A stretch of 64,000 nt of DNA, taken from assembly GCA_016699445.1 (NCBI GenBank), contig CP064976.1, positions 1,897,125 to 1,961,124 of the forward strand, in the 5' to 3' direction. Positions 10,056 through 18,771 of the stretch are shown here, piece by piece; position 1 is the first letter of the stretch, and each line of letters begins with the position of its first letter. A program made the translations under genes and the position numbers. The notes beneath the pieces are model-generated. The model made no database searches, had not been told where the DNA came from, and saw nothing but the letters and a program-made list of their open reading frames with translations. This DNA comes from Deltaproteobacteria bacterium. GTDB taxonomy: Bacteria; UBA10199; JACPAL01; GCA-016699445.

Positions 10056-11116
10056 AGAGAAATCAGCCCCTCTGCGGAGGAGGCTTTGACTTAGAGTCTA
10101 AAAAACTCCGACTCGACGAACTAGAACATCTCACCGCCTCTGATACTTTTTGGAATGATCCTCAAAAAGCCGCTGTGTCTCTTAAAGAACTTGATCAGCT
10201 AAAGGCTGATTTTGCGATTGATAAGAAGATGAGTGAAGGCTTGTCTGAAGTGGAATCTATTTTCGAACTACTGGAAGCTGGCGATGATGCCGAGCTTGAG
10301 GCGGAAGCTCAGGTGAAACTGCAAGATTTGGAGAAAACTATTAGCGATTTGGAATTTCGCCAAATTCTTTCCGGACCCAATGATAATTCGAATGCGATTT
10401 TTTCGATCAATGCAGGTGCGGGGGGAACGGAATCCTGTGATTGGGCCGAAATGCTTTTACGCATGTATCGTATGTGGGCAGATAAACATGGGTATAAAAA
10501 TGAGATTATCGATTTTACCCCAGGAGATCAGGCGGGGTTTCGATCGGTGACGATGATTGTCGAAGGGCCTTATGCGTTTGGATATTTGAAGGCTGAGATT
10601 GGTGTGCATCGGTTGGTACGTATTTCTCCGTTTGATGCTAATAAGAGACGGCATACGTCGTTTGCATCGGTGTTTGTGCTTCCAGATATTGAGCAAGAAA
10701 TTGATATTCAGGTGAATCCTGCGGATTTGCGTATTGATACTTTTAGATCTGGTGGTGCGGGTGGGCAAAAGGTTAATAAGACGGATTCTGCCGTACGATT
10801 GACTCACTTGCCGACGGGAATTGTTGTGGCTTGTCAAAATGAACGCTCTCAGCATCGCAATCGGGATATCGCGATGAAAATCCTCAAAGCGCGTCTTTAT
10901 GACCTCGAGATGGAAAAGAAGAATAAGGAAAAAGAAGCCATTGAAGATAGTAAGAAAGAAATTAAATGGGGTTCTCAGATTCGTTCATATGTTTTGCAGC
11001 CCTATCGACTGATTAAGGATCATCGTACGGATTTTGAAGTGGGAGATCCTGATCGAGTTTTGAATGGGGATCTTGATGGTTTTATAAAGGCTTATCTCTT
11101 AAGCTTGGCTTCGTAG
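10019..11116 (+). CDS. prfB: peptide chain release factor 2
   Basis: SPFDANKRRHTSFASV and the GGQ motif in RSGGAGGQKVNKTDSAVRLTHLPTGIVV. The post-shift N-terminus DLESKKLRLDELE is present. In this assembly the gene reads as one frame, although a canonical +1 frameshift cassette is present (see findings). Confidence 0.9.
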   Translation: MQNDVKRKLEDLKRNQPLCGGGFDLESKKLRLDELEHLTASDTFWNDPQKAAVSLKELDQLKADFAIDKKMSEGLSEVESIFELLEAGDDAELEAEAQVKLQDLEKTISDLEFRQILSGPNDNSNAIFSINAGAGGTESCDWAEMLLRMYRMWADKHGYKNEIIDFTPGDQAGFRSVTMIVEGPYAFGYLKAEIGVHRLVRISPFDANKRRHTSFASVFVLPDIEQEIDIQVNPADLRIDTFRSGGAGGQKVNKTDSAVRLTHLPTGIVVACQNERSQHRNRDIAMKILKARLYDLEMEKKNKEKEAIEDSKKEIKWGSQIRSYVLQPYRLIKDHRTDFEVGDPDRVLNGDLDGFIKAYLLSLAS

Positions 11117-11232
11117 TGATGTTCTCAAAATGAGGAAAAGATTCCCCTTTCTCTGTAGTTATCCACAATTTCAAAAACTATAAATAATATATAATTCAAA
11201 TAGTTAAGTCGGTGCCTGGCACCAGTGTTATT

Positions 11233-11248
11233 TGGCATATGTATTGCT
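11233..11248 (+). promoter_or_regulatory. sigma-54-type -24/-12 promoter candidate (TGGCAT-N5-TTGCT)
   Basis: It fits TGGCAC-N5-TTGCW, with GG at -24 and GC at -12. It ends about 28 bp upstream of the lipoprotein ATG at 11276. A GGTGCC-T-GGCACC palindrome lies at 11211-11223. Confidence 0.35.
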
Positions 11249-11275
11249 TTGGATAAGGATCCTAGGGACAAAACT

Positions 11276-14203
11276 ATGAAAAAATTATCATTTTATGCAC
11301 TCCTTCTTACCCTTCACCTGACCCTCTTAGTGGGTTGTTCTGGAAGTGGGGCGCCTACCGGAGGCCAGCAAACGAATCTCACACCACCAGCGGGCTTAAC
11401 GTGTACACCTTCTTCAGGAGCGAGAGGGGATAGAGTGACATGTCAAGGGCTGACGCAAACAGAAGGTTGCAATATATTATTTGATACACAGTTGGTCCCA
11501 CGTTCGGTCATTACGTTTGCAGCTTCTGGTTCGAGTACAACATTGGGTGCGTCTTCAGTGGGTGGAAATAATTTTACCTTTCCCATTCCTCCCGCAGCGA
11601 ATGGTCTTTATCATGTAAAAAAAGTTTGTGGCGATCAGATGACGACTTTGGCTCAAGTGTCGGTTGTCAATCGTGGGACTACTTCAGGTAGTGGTGGTAG
11701 CAGTGTTCCTCCATCTCAATATGCGGAATGTTCTGCTGGAAGCGATCAATGTGGCGTGAATCAAGTGTGTCGCGAAAATCACTGTGTTCCCTCGTGTAAT
11801 ACTGCTTATGATTGCGGCAGTGGTCAAATCTGCCAAAATTTTCAGTGTGTGGATAACACTCATATTGAGTGTGGTGACGCTGCCCATCCTGCAGCTTGTA
11901 GTAACGGGCTTGTTTGTTATCATGGACAGTGTAATCCCTGTCTGACTTCAGATCCGAGCCAATGTTCTCGGGACCAACCTGTGGCTTATCGGGGGAATAT
12001 TTGTCGGACAACCTCTTCAACATCATCTCCTATTTTAGGATTGTGCGGTTCTTGTGATAACACTTCACAATGTGGAGCAGGGCTTGCGTGTGTCTCAGGA
12101 AGATGCGGTGCTTGTACTACTAATTCCCAGTGCAATGCAGGAAACTACTGCAGTGCTGGTACTTGTAGAGACTCAGGTGTTAATAATGCACGTGTTAATT
12201 TTTCTGTGACCCAAGCTCCAAGGTCGACAAGCCTTTTAAGGCTTTCTTGGACTATTGAAGGTATTCAAACAGCTTCTATTCAAGATGCCTATGTCTATGG
12301 CCCTTTTGGAGTGAGTGATTGTTCAAATGTATTAAAAACATCTGAAAATGCAGACTACATCAGTAGTGAATTGCCACTGGCAAATGGGACGCCTTGTGTA
12401 AGTACTACAGACTCAAATGGCCGTACGACATGTGTCTCCGATACAGTTGCTCATGTGTTGTCAATTTCTTCTCTGGATCCAGTAACAAGTCGTGACACAC
12501 CGCCTGCAGCAGATTCCTCGCTTGCACATCCTACAGAGCCAGCAGGGATATTGCCTGGTCCAAGTCCAAGTATGACATGCCGTATTCCTTTAAGAGGTCA
12601 GCTTCAAAGCACTGTCTATACAAGAATGAAAGTGAGCCCTTCTGTTTTTCGTCTAGTTATTAAAACGCTGGATGGTCAGATTTTTATAGGGGAGAGTCGC
12701 TATACAGCTGATGGTGCTGATTTACATGTGGAAGATGTCAATATAGATTATACTAGACCTCAGTTTACAATTCGGGGTTCGTATACAAGATCTAGTGATG
12801 GAATACCTAGTTTTGATGGATGTCTTGGCGGAACGTACTCAGATAATTCAGATACAGCAGGTGTGGGAACGGTCATTTTCACTAAAACTTGTTTGTTTCC
12901 TACTAATGGCGATCTGCCAATAGTTTCTATTAATGTTCCTACAGCCATACCAGGTGTTATTTCTTCGGAAAAACAAATCGGATTTGATTGTTATTATGAC
13001 TCTGAAGATACATTTTTTAACTTTCAAAATGTGTATGCATCAGGGGCAATATGTGCCAATCATGATCAAATTAGTTCTTTAGCTGGACAAACCTTACATC
13101 TCTGTCCTGACGGGAGTCTTCAGTTAACAACGCATATTCGGAGAGCTTGTAATATTAACGTGAACGGTGAGCCTCTCTTTGAGACTCCAAAAAATAATCC
13201 ATGGTTTGTCAAATTTCTAGTATCTCAGTATTCAGCTGCAGGAGGTTGTTCCGAAACAACTGGCTTGATCAATGTAGATGGTAGTGTTCGGTCTGGTCTT
13301 CAAGTATTACCTTCTTCTGGTGAAATACAATTTGATAATCGTCAGACAAGGAATCTTAGTTGTAATTCTTACCAGATGGCTATTACAGATGGGCCATCCT
13401 TTGACATTGAAACACCATTCTTTACGGGAGATGCCTTAATTCAAGTGGTCAAAAATTTTAATGCTACAAATTGGTCTTATGATTACGTTTTATCTGATAC
13501 TTATTGGGATGGAGGTACTGATTTACAGTATTGCGCTAGACCAGGAGGTCTTCTTGGTGAGTCTGGTGTATGGCTCTATCTTCGTGATCATGACCGCATT
13601 GAAAGACATTTAGATGTTCCTTTTGGAAATACTCCAGATGGTTTATATTGTAGTTTTGGTGGAGGAAATTACCATAGTAGCGACGATGGTGTAACTGGCT
13701 GTTCCAAGTATAATGGTCATTTAGTGGCTGATATTCAAACTAGAGGGGTTACCTCCTTTGATGTTAGTTGTTGTGCATATGGTGAATGGTCTCATGGTGG
13801 AGTGGAAAGGGATCCTCCTCTAGATGGAATTCAGGGACACTATGGGGAACAGGCAGGTTCTGTATGTGCTCCGGGTGGCAGATTGTTTCGATGGAGTTAT
13901 AACTCTGTACCACCTATTAGTCCTTCAGGTGGAGCTGTATCAAATCCCTTTGATCATGTTATCTATGGAGAGGTTGTTCGATGTGGAATTATGGCTCCAG
14001 GTATTTTAGCTGGCCCTGGAACACGCACTAGTGTTGCCTTTGACTTTACAAGACCTATGAATGGTCGCTGTGATTATCCGGATAGAGATCACGTGGATCC
14101 TGATGACTCAGATCAAAGTGATTGGCCTCTACTATGGCATGGTTACCCCGTATTGCCTTTAGGGACGACCTACCCTTTAGGTATATATACTGCACCTCGA
14201 TAG
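11276..14203 (+). CDS. large secreted lipoprotein (~975 aa) with an N-proximal block of cysteine-rich repeats and a C-terminal domain without recognisable family
   Basis: Signal peptide plus lipobox LLVGC|SGSG. Residues ~150-320 carry at least six C-x(3-5)-C-x(4-6)-C-x(3-4)-C repeats, for example QCGAGLACVSGRCGAC and QCNAGNYCSAGTC. The start was moved to MKKLSF behind the SD AGGGA. Confidence 0.7.
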   Translation: MKKLSFYALLLTLHLTLLVGCSGSGAPTGGQQTNLTPPAGLTCTPSSGARGDRVTCQGLTQTEGCNILFDTQLVPRSVITFAASGSSTTLGASSVGGNNFTFPIPPAANGLYHVKKVCGDQMTTLAQVSVVNRGTTSGSGGSSVPPSQYAECSAGSDQCGVNQVCRENHCVPSCNTAYDCGSGQICQNFQCVDNTHIECGDAAHPAACSNGLVCYHGQCNPCLTSDPSQCSRDQPVAYRGNICRTTSSTSSPILGLCGSCDNTSQCGAGLACVSGRCGACTTNSQCNAGNYCSAGTCRDSGVNNARVNFSVTQAPRSTSLLRLSWTIEGIQTASIQDAYVYGPFGVSDCSNVLKTSENADYISSELPLANGTPCVSTTDSNGRTTCVSDTVAHVLSISSLDPVTSRDTPPAADSSLAHPTEPAGILPGPSPSMTCRIPLRGQLQSTVYTRMKVSPSVFRLVIKTLDGQIFIGESRYTADGADLHVEDVNIDYTRPQFTIRGSYTRSSDGIPSFDGCLGGTYSDNSDTAGVGTVIFTKTCLFPTNGDLPIVSINVPTAIPGVISSEKQIGFDCYYDSEDTFFNFQNVYASGAICANHDQISSLAGQTLHLCPDGSLQLTTHIRRACNINVNGEPLFETPKNNPWFVKFLVSQYSAAGGCSETTGLINVDGSVRSGLQVLPSSGEIQFDNRQTRNLSCNSYQMAITDGPSFDIETPFFTGDALIQVVKNFNATNWSYDYVLSDTYWDGGTDLQYCARPGGLLGESGVWLYLRDHDRIERHLDVPFGNTPDGLYCSFGGGNYHSSDDGVTGCSKYNGHLVADIQTRGVTSFDVSCCAYGEWSHGGVERDPPLDGIQGHYGEQAGSVCAPGGRLFRWSYNSVPPISPSGGAVSNPFDHVIYGEVVRCGIMAPGILAGPGTRTSVAFDFTRPMNGRCDYPDRDHVDPDDSDQSDWPLLWHGYPVLPLGTTYPLGIYTAPR

Positions 14204-14230
14204 ATCTTAAGAAGAGATATTTCTTTAAAA

Positions 14231-14262
14231 AAGCCGGAGGCTTCCCTCCGGCTTTTTTGTTT
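14231..14262 (+). terminator. rho-independent terminator after the Cys-rich lipoprotein
   Basis: GCCGGAGG-CTTC-CCTCCGGC followed by TTTTTTGTTTT. Confidence 0.65.
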
Positions 14263-14328
14263 TCTGCCGACGACGCCTGACTTGAATATTGACTTGCAGC
14301 TTCATCTTGGACAAAACCACCCCCTTCT

Positions 14329-15726
14329 ATGGAACCAACTACAACATCTAGCGAATACGAAAATCGGTTGAAACGTTTGGAAGAGCTCAAAGCTCAAGGG
14401 ATCAATCCTTATCCAAATGGATTTCAAGTTACGCACACAACACACGAGATTAGTGAAAATTATGAAAAGCTTTCGGGTGAAGAGCTCGAAAAAATCGAAA
14501 CGACTTTTAGTCTAGCGGGTCGTATCATGATGGTACGAGCTTTTGGAAAAGCTGCGTTTATTCGCATCAAAGATCGTAAAGGGTATTTGCAGCTTTTTAT
14601 CGATCAAAAAGGTGTCGATGCTGAAACGTTTGCTCTCTACAAAAATCTCGATATCGGAGATTTTATTTTTGTTTCTGGAAAATTATTTCGCACCAAGACC
14701 AACGAGCTGACCTTGCGCATTGAAACTCTCAAGTTTGCTGGAAAAGCTTTACGACCCTTACCTGAAAAATGGCATGGGCTTCATGATGTCGAAATTCGTT
14801 ACCGTCAGCGGTATCTGGATTTGGTCGCCAATGATGATGTGCAAAATGTTTTTCGTAAGCGTGCCAAAATCGTCCAGCAGATCCGAGAGTTTTTTATCGA
14901 TCGGGATTATATCGAGGTGGAGACTCCTATGATGCATCCTTTGGCAGGAGGGGCTGCGGCCAAGCCTTTTGTCACGCATCATAATACTCTCAATATGGAA
15001 CTGTATTTGCGCATTGCCCCTGAGCTTTATTTAAAACGCTTGGTTGTGGGTGGCTTCGAGCGCGTTTTTGAAATCAATCGTAATTTTCGTAATGAAGGCA
15101 TTTCGACTCAACACAATCCAGAATTTACGATGATTGAGTTTTACCAATCGTATGCGACGTTTGAGGATTTGATCACGTTGACCGAAACTCTTTTTTCACA
15201 ATTAGCTCAAAAAGTGTGTGGAAGTGATGTGGTTCCGTACCAAGGAAAGGAACTTTCTTTTAAAGCTCCTTTTGCGCGCATGACTCATGAAGAAATGATG
15301 AGAGTAGGAGAGAAGAATATTATTCAGCCTACTTTTGTGACGGATTTCCCTCTGAAAGATTCTCCTCTGGCTCGAAAGAATGAAAAGAATGGTGAGATCT
15401 GTGATCGGTTTGAGCTTTATGTAGCCGGCATGGAAGTGGCCAATGCATTTTCAGAGCTGAATGATCCCATAGATCAAAAAGAACGTTTTCTGGCTCAAGT
15501 GGAAGCCAAGAAAAAAGGTGATGATGAAGCCATGCCTTTTGATGAGGATTATATTCGTGCTTTGGAGCATGGGCTTCCTCCGACCGCTGGAGAAGGGATT
15601 GGGATTGATCGTCTTGTCATGCTTTTGACAGATCAACCTTCCATTCGTGACGTCATCTTGTTCCCTCTGATGAGGCCTGAACACAAGACAGAAAATAAAC
15701 CAGAAGATAAGATGCCTCAAAGCTAA
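14329..15726 (+). CDS. lysS: lysine--tRNA ligase (class II)
   Basis: Full-length LysS with class II motifs: FRNEGIS, ELYVAGMEVANAFSELNDP, GLPPTAGEGIGIDRLVMLL. Confidence 0.95.
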   Translation: MEPTTTSSEYENRLKRLEELKAQGINPYPNGFQVTHTTHEISENYEKLSGEELEKIETTFSLAGRIMMVRAFGKAAFIRIKDRKGYLQLFIDQKGVDAETFALYKNLDIGDFIFVSGKLFRTKTNELTLRIETLKFAGKALRPLPEKWHGLHDVEIRYRQRYLDLVANDDVQNVFRKRAKIVQQIREFFIDRDYIEVETPMMHPLAGGAAAKPFVTHHNTLNMELYLRIAPELYLKRLVVGGFERVFEINRNFRNEGISTQHNPEFTMIEFYQSYATFEDLITLTETLFSQLAQKVCGSDVVPYQGKELSFKAPFARMTHEEMMRVGEKNIIQPTFVTDFPLKDSPLARKNEKNGEICDRFELYVAGMEVANAFSELNDPIDQKERFLAQVEAKKKGDDEAMPFDEDYIRALEHGLPPTAGEGIGIDRLVMLLTDQPSIRDVILFPLMRPEHKTENKPEDKMPQS

Positions 15727-15738
15727 TGTCCTTTGAAA
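15721..15738. repeat. direct repeat, copy 1 (AGCTAATGTCCTTTGAAA), spanning the lysS stop
   Basis: Identical 18-mer at 16315..16332. 20 of 21 bases match if the preceding three bases are included. Confidence 0.8.
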
Positions 15739-15837
15739 AAATATTCTTAAAGAAATTTTTGATGAAGCAAAAATTGCGGTCAGGGACCGCAAAATGTTTG
15801 AGCTATATACCTGTAAATAAATATCTAGACATAGGAT

Positions 15838-15875
15838 TTGTCATTGCGAGTCGCGTAAGCGACGTGGCAATCTCC
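15838..15875. repeat. left inverted repeat of the GIY-YIG cassette, itself a hairpin
   Basis: TTGTCATTGCGAGTCGCGTAAGCGACGTGGCAATCTCC. It can fold internally as ATTGC..GTCGC-GTAA-GCGAC..GCAAT. Confidence 0.55.
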
Positions 15876-15883
15876 TGAATTCT

Positions 15884-16126
15884 ATGAATAAGGGTTACTC
15901 AGTTTATATCATGAGCAATCAAAATAATACGGTTCTCTATACAGGTGTAACCAACAATCTTGAGCGTCGCATTGGAGAACATAAAAATGGAGTGGGAGGA
16001 TATTTTACATCAAAATATCAGGTTACCAAACTGGTTTACTATGAAACAACCAATCGGGTTGAAGAAGCTCTCGCCCGAGAGAAACAAATTAAAAAGGTTC
16101 TCGGAAAAGAAGATTGGCCTCATTGA
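15884..16126 (+). CDS. small GIY-YIG nuclease-superfamily protein (YhbQ/COG2827-like)
   Basis: VYIMSNQNNTVLYTGVTNNLERRIGEH...KLVYYE is the GIY-YIG core at the N-terminus of an 80-aa protein. There is no convincing SD. Confidence 0.6.
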   Translation: MNKGYSVYIMSNQNNTVLYTGVTNNLERRIGEHKNGVGGYFTSKYQVTKLVYYETTNRVEEALAREKQIKKVLGKEDWPH

Positions 16127-16170
16127 ATCTTCAAATCCAAAGTGGAAAGATTTGAGCTAATGATTATCAT

Positions 16171-16200
16171 AAGATCGCCACGCTTCGCTCGCGATGACAA
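16171..16200. repeat. right inverted repeat of the GIY-YIG cassette
   Basis: The reverse complement TTGTCATCGCGAGCGAAGCGTGGCGATCTT matches the left repeat at about 29 of 30 positions, with two small gaps. Confidence 0.55.
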
Positions 16201-16314
16201 CACAAAGCATGTTTGTTTAATTATGTGCAGTTATATTAATTCAAAACTTATGGAGCTGCCTAAAAAAAAGAAATGCAGCAGTTTTTAGAAAAAGAAATGT
16301 TGAGATTAAAACAG

Positions 16315-16332
16315 AGCTAATGTCCTTTGAAA
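16315..16332. repeat. direct repeat, copy 2 (AGCTAATGTCCTTTGAAA), containing the lolC start codon
   Basis: Identical to 15721..15738. The ATG inside it at 16320 is the lolC start. Confidence 0.8.
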
Positions 16333-17539
16333 CTTTTATCGCCAAACGTTATTTTCAATTTTCGGGAAATCGTCCTCCGCTGTTGACGTTTTTGATTCGT
16401 ATCTCACTTTTTTCCATCGCTATTTCTGTGTTTGCCCTCGTGTTTGTTTTGTCGATCATGGAGGGTTTTGAGAAGGATTTTCAAAAACGTATTTTGGGAT
16501 TTCGTGCGCCGTTATTGGTGGTGGTCCAGGCTGATCAAGATATTTCGACTCTGGAAGAGGATTTGAAAAGATAAAATCAATTACCAGGGTTATTCCTTTT
16601 GTTGAAGGTGAAGCTATTATTCAGGCAGATAATGGAGTGACCTTAGGAATGCGTGTGCGAGGGATTGGTGAAAAGCCGGATGTGAGACGAGTCGGCGAGA
16701 TTGAGAGTCAAAAAGATTTTATCTCCAATTCGCTCCTATTGGGAGATGAATTGGCTTCTACACTTCGGGTACATCCTGATTTTAACGAAAATATGAAATT
16801 GATTTTCCCTCTAGGAGATGTCGGGCCTACAGGGGATATGATTCCTCATGTCCGGGATGTGCATCTGACGGGTCTTTTTCATTCGGGGTATTATGATTTT
16901 GATCACAAATATGGGCTGATTTCCTATCAGGAGGCTCGCAAACTTTTTGGGGTAGAAGGGAAGCAAGGGTTTGAAGTCTGGTTTGAAAATATTCATGAGA
17001 CGGAAAATATTAAGAAGCAGGTTCAATCGATTATAGCTCAAGGCTCGCCGCTCGCCGCTCAAAGTAATATTGAGACCTGGACGGATCAAAATCCAAAACT
17101 TTTTGCTGCTTTGAGACTAGAGAGAATAGGGATGGGGGCTTTGTTGGGTGTTTTGCTCTTGGTGGCTTCGTTTAATATCTTCAGCGTATTGTCTCTGACT
17201 GTCGTCGAAAAGAAAAAAGACATGGGATTGTTGAAAGCTTTAGGTTTGAGGCAAAAAGCGATCCGAAAAATTTTTCTTTCTTATGCACTGAGATTAGCTT
17301 TTTGGGGTGGAGGTGTGGGTGGGGTTTTGGGTTTGATCAGTGTTTTAATAGGGATTCGTTATCCTATAGATCTGCCTCCTACTTATTATATCGATAAACT
17401 TCCTCTTTCGTTTTCGCCTTCTTCACTTTTGTTTGTTTTGATTGTGCCTTTTATTGTTTTGGCAGCTGCCTACTACCCTGCAGCAAAAGCCTGTGAAGCT
17501 GATCCTATCACGGCATTGCAAAGAGAGGGGCTGGAATGA
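16320..17539 (+). pseudogene. lolC: lipoprotein-releasing system permease LolC/LolE family (FtsX-like), frameshifted in this assembly
   Basis: 16320..16574 is TM1. 16637..17539 carries the periplasmic MacB-like domain and the FtsX C-terminal TM bundle. The frames rejoin if the A4 run at 16566-16569 is A5 (EEDLKKIKSITRVIPFVEGEAI). Confidence 0.8.
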
Positions 17540-18771
17540 AGTTTTGGGATGTCATTTTAGCCTGGAGATTTTTTAGAGATTCAAGCCGTGGACGTTTTTT
17601 TTCTGTCTCGTTTCGAGTGGCTGTTTTGGGAATGAGTTTTGGTGTGATGGCTTTGCTTTTATCGCTGGCGATTACGGAAGGTTTTACAAAAGAATATGAA
17701 CGTGCCGTATTGGGCTCTCATCCCCATATCGTGATCAATTCGGAAGATGATGTTAATAATCCTGATGCTATAGAAAAAATTATTCAAGCATCAGCTCAGA
17801 AGATTTCGATTCCAATTAAAAATATAGAACCTGTTATTTATCGGGAAGGGATGTTAATTGGAGGAAAAAGTATTAAGGGATTGGTTTTGAAGGGTGTTCC
17901 TCCTCACTACTTTGAAAAATCTGGAATCAAAATTATTTCACGTGCTGTAGAAAAAAATGAAAATCATCTTCCTGAAATATTTTTGGGAAAAGCCGTCGCT
18001 GAGGAGTCTGGTATTAAAACAGGGATAGTAAAACTTCTCTTCCCTAAAACCATTTCTCAAAAATCTTTGGGAAAAATGGAAATCAGTCCAAAAGATCTTA
18101 AAAGTTTTTTTCTCGCCGGCATTTTTGAGACTGGTGTGTATGAAATGGATTCCACTTTTGGAATTTTAGATTTGGAAACCGCTAAAAACTTTTTTCATTT
18201 GGGAGAGACTATTTCGGGATTTGAAACCTGGATAGAAAATCCACAAGAGGCCAGTCGATTGGTCGAAAAGATTAGAGAAGAGCTCTCTTTTCCCTACGAG
18301 GTTTTGAGCTGGCGCGAGATTAATGAAAATATTTTCAAAGCCATGGAAACTGAAAAGTGGATGTTTGGAGTGTTAATGTTGGTGTTGGTAGTTGTCGCCT
18401 CACTTAATGTATTAGGGACACTGATGATGCTGCTTCTCAAGAAAAGACGAGAGATCGCTATTTTACGAACATTAGGCTACAGCTGGTCTCGCTTGAGAAA
18501 AGTCTTTTTAATTGATGGGCTGTTGATAGGAATGACAGGAACAGGTTTGGGAATTTTTTTTGGGTTGCTTTGCGAATTTATCTTGAAGCACTGGCAGCCT
18601 TTTGCGTTGGATCCTGAGGTCTATTTTTTAAAAACTGTTCCTGTTACTTTTTGTTGGGATCATATTTTTTTAGTTTTTGGAGCGTCGTTGGGGATTGGAG
18701 TTTTGGGTTGTATGCTGACTCTGAAAAAAATTTCCCAAGTATCCACGCTGACTATTTTGGAGAAGTCATGA
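17536..18771 (+). CDS. lolE: lipoprotein-releasing system permease LolE/LolC family (FtsX-like)
   Basis: A second FtsX-family permease (411 aa) with N-terminal TM, periplasmic domain and C-terminal TM bundle. It overlaps lolC by 4 nt and lolD by ATGA. Confidence 0.8.
   Translation: MKFWDVILAWRFFRDSSRGRFFSVSFRVAVLGMSFGVMALLLSLAITEGFTKEYERAVLGSHPHIVINSEDDVNNPDAIEKIIQASAQKISIPIKNIEPVIYREGMLIGGKSIKGLVLKGVPPHYFEKSGIKIISRAVEKNENHLPEIFLGKAVAEESGIKTGIVKLLFPKTISQKSLGKMEISPKDLKSFFLAGIFETGVYEMDSTFGILDLETAKNFFHLGETISGFETWIENPQEASRLVEKIREELSFPYEVLSWREINENIFKAMETEKWMFGVLMLVLVVVASLNVLGTLMMLLLKKRREIAILRTLGYSWSRLRKVFLIDGLLIGMTGTGLGIFFGLLCEFILKHWQPFALDPEVYFLKTVPVTFCWDHIFLVFGASLGIGVLGCMLTLKKISQVSTLTILEKS

Larger units (their letters stand above)
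15739..16314 (+). mobile_element. putative inserted mini-cassette carrying a GIY-YIG gene flanked by terminal inverted repeats
   Basis: Bracketed by 18-bp direct repeats of the lysS-stop / lolC-start junction. It contains imperfect inverted repeats at 15838..15875 and 16171..16200 around ORF 15884..16126. No transposase gene is present. Confidence 0.4.

Noticed and set aside
11225-11275. The ORF-track start at 11225 (MLFGICIALDKDPRDKT) for the Cys-rich lipoprotein.
   Set aside because: The extension has no SD and would bury the -24/-12 element inside the coding sequence. The ATG at 11276 has an SD and gives a canonical lipoprotein signal peptide.
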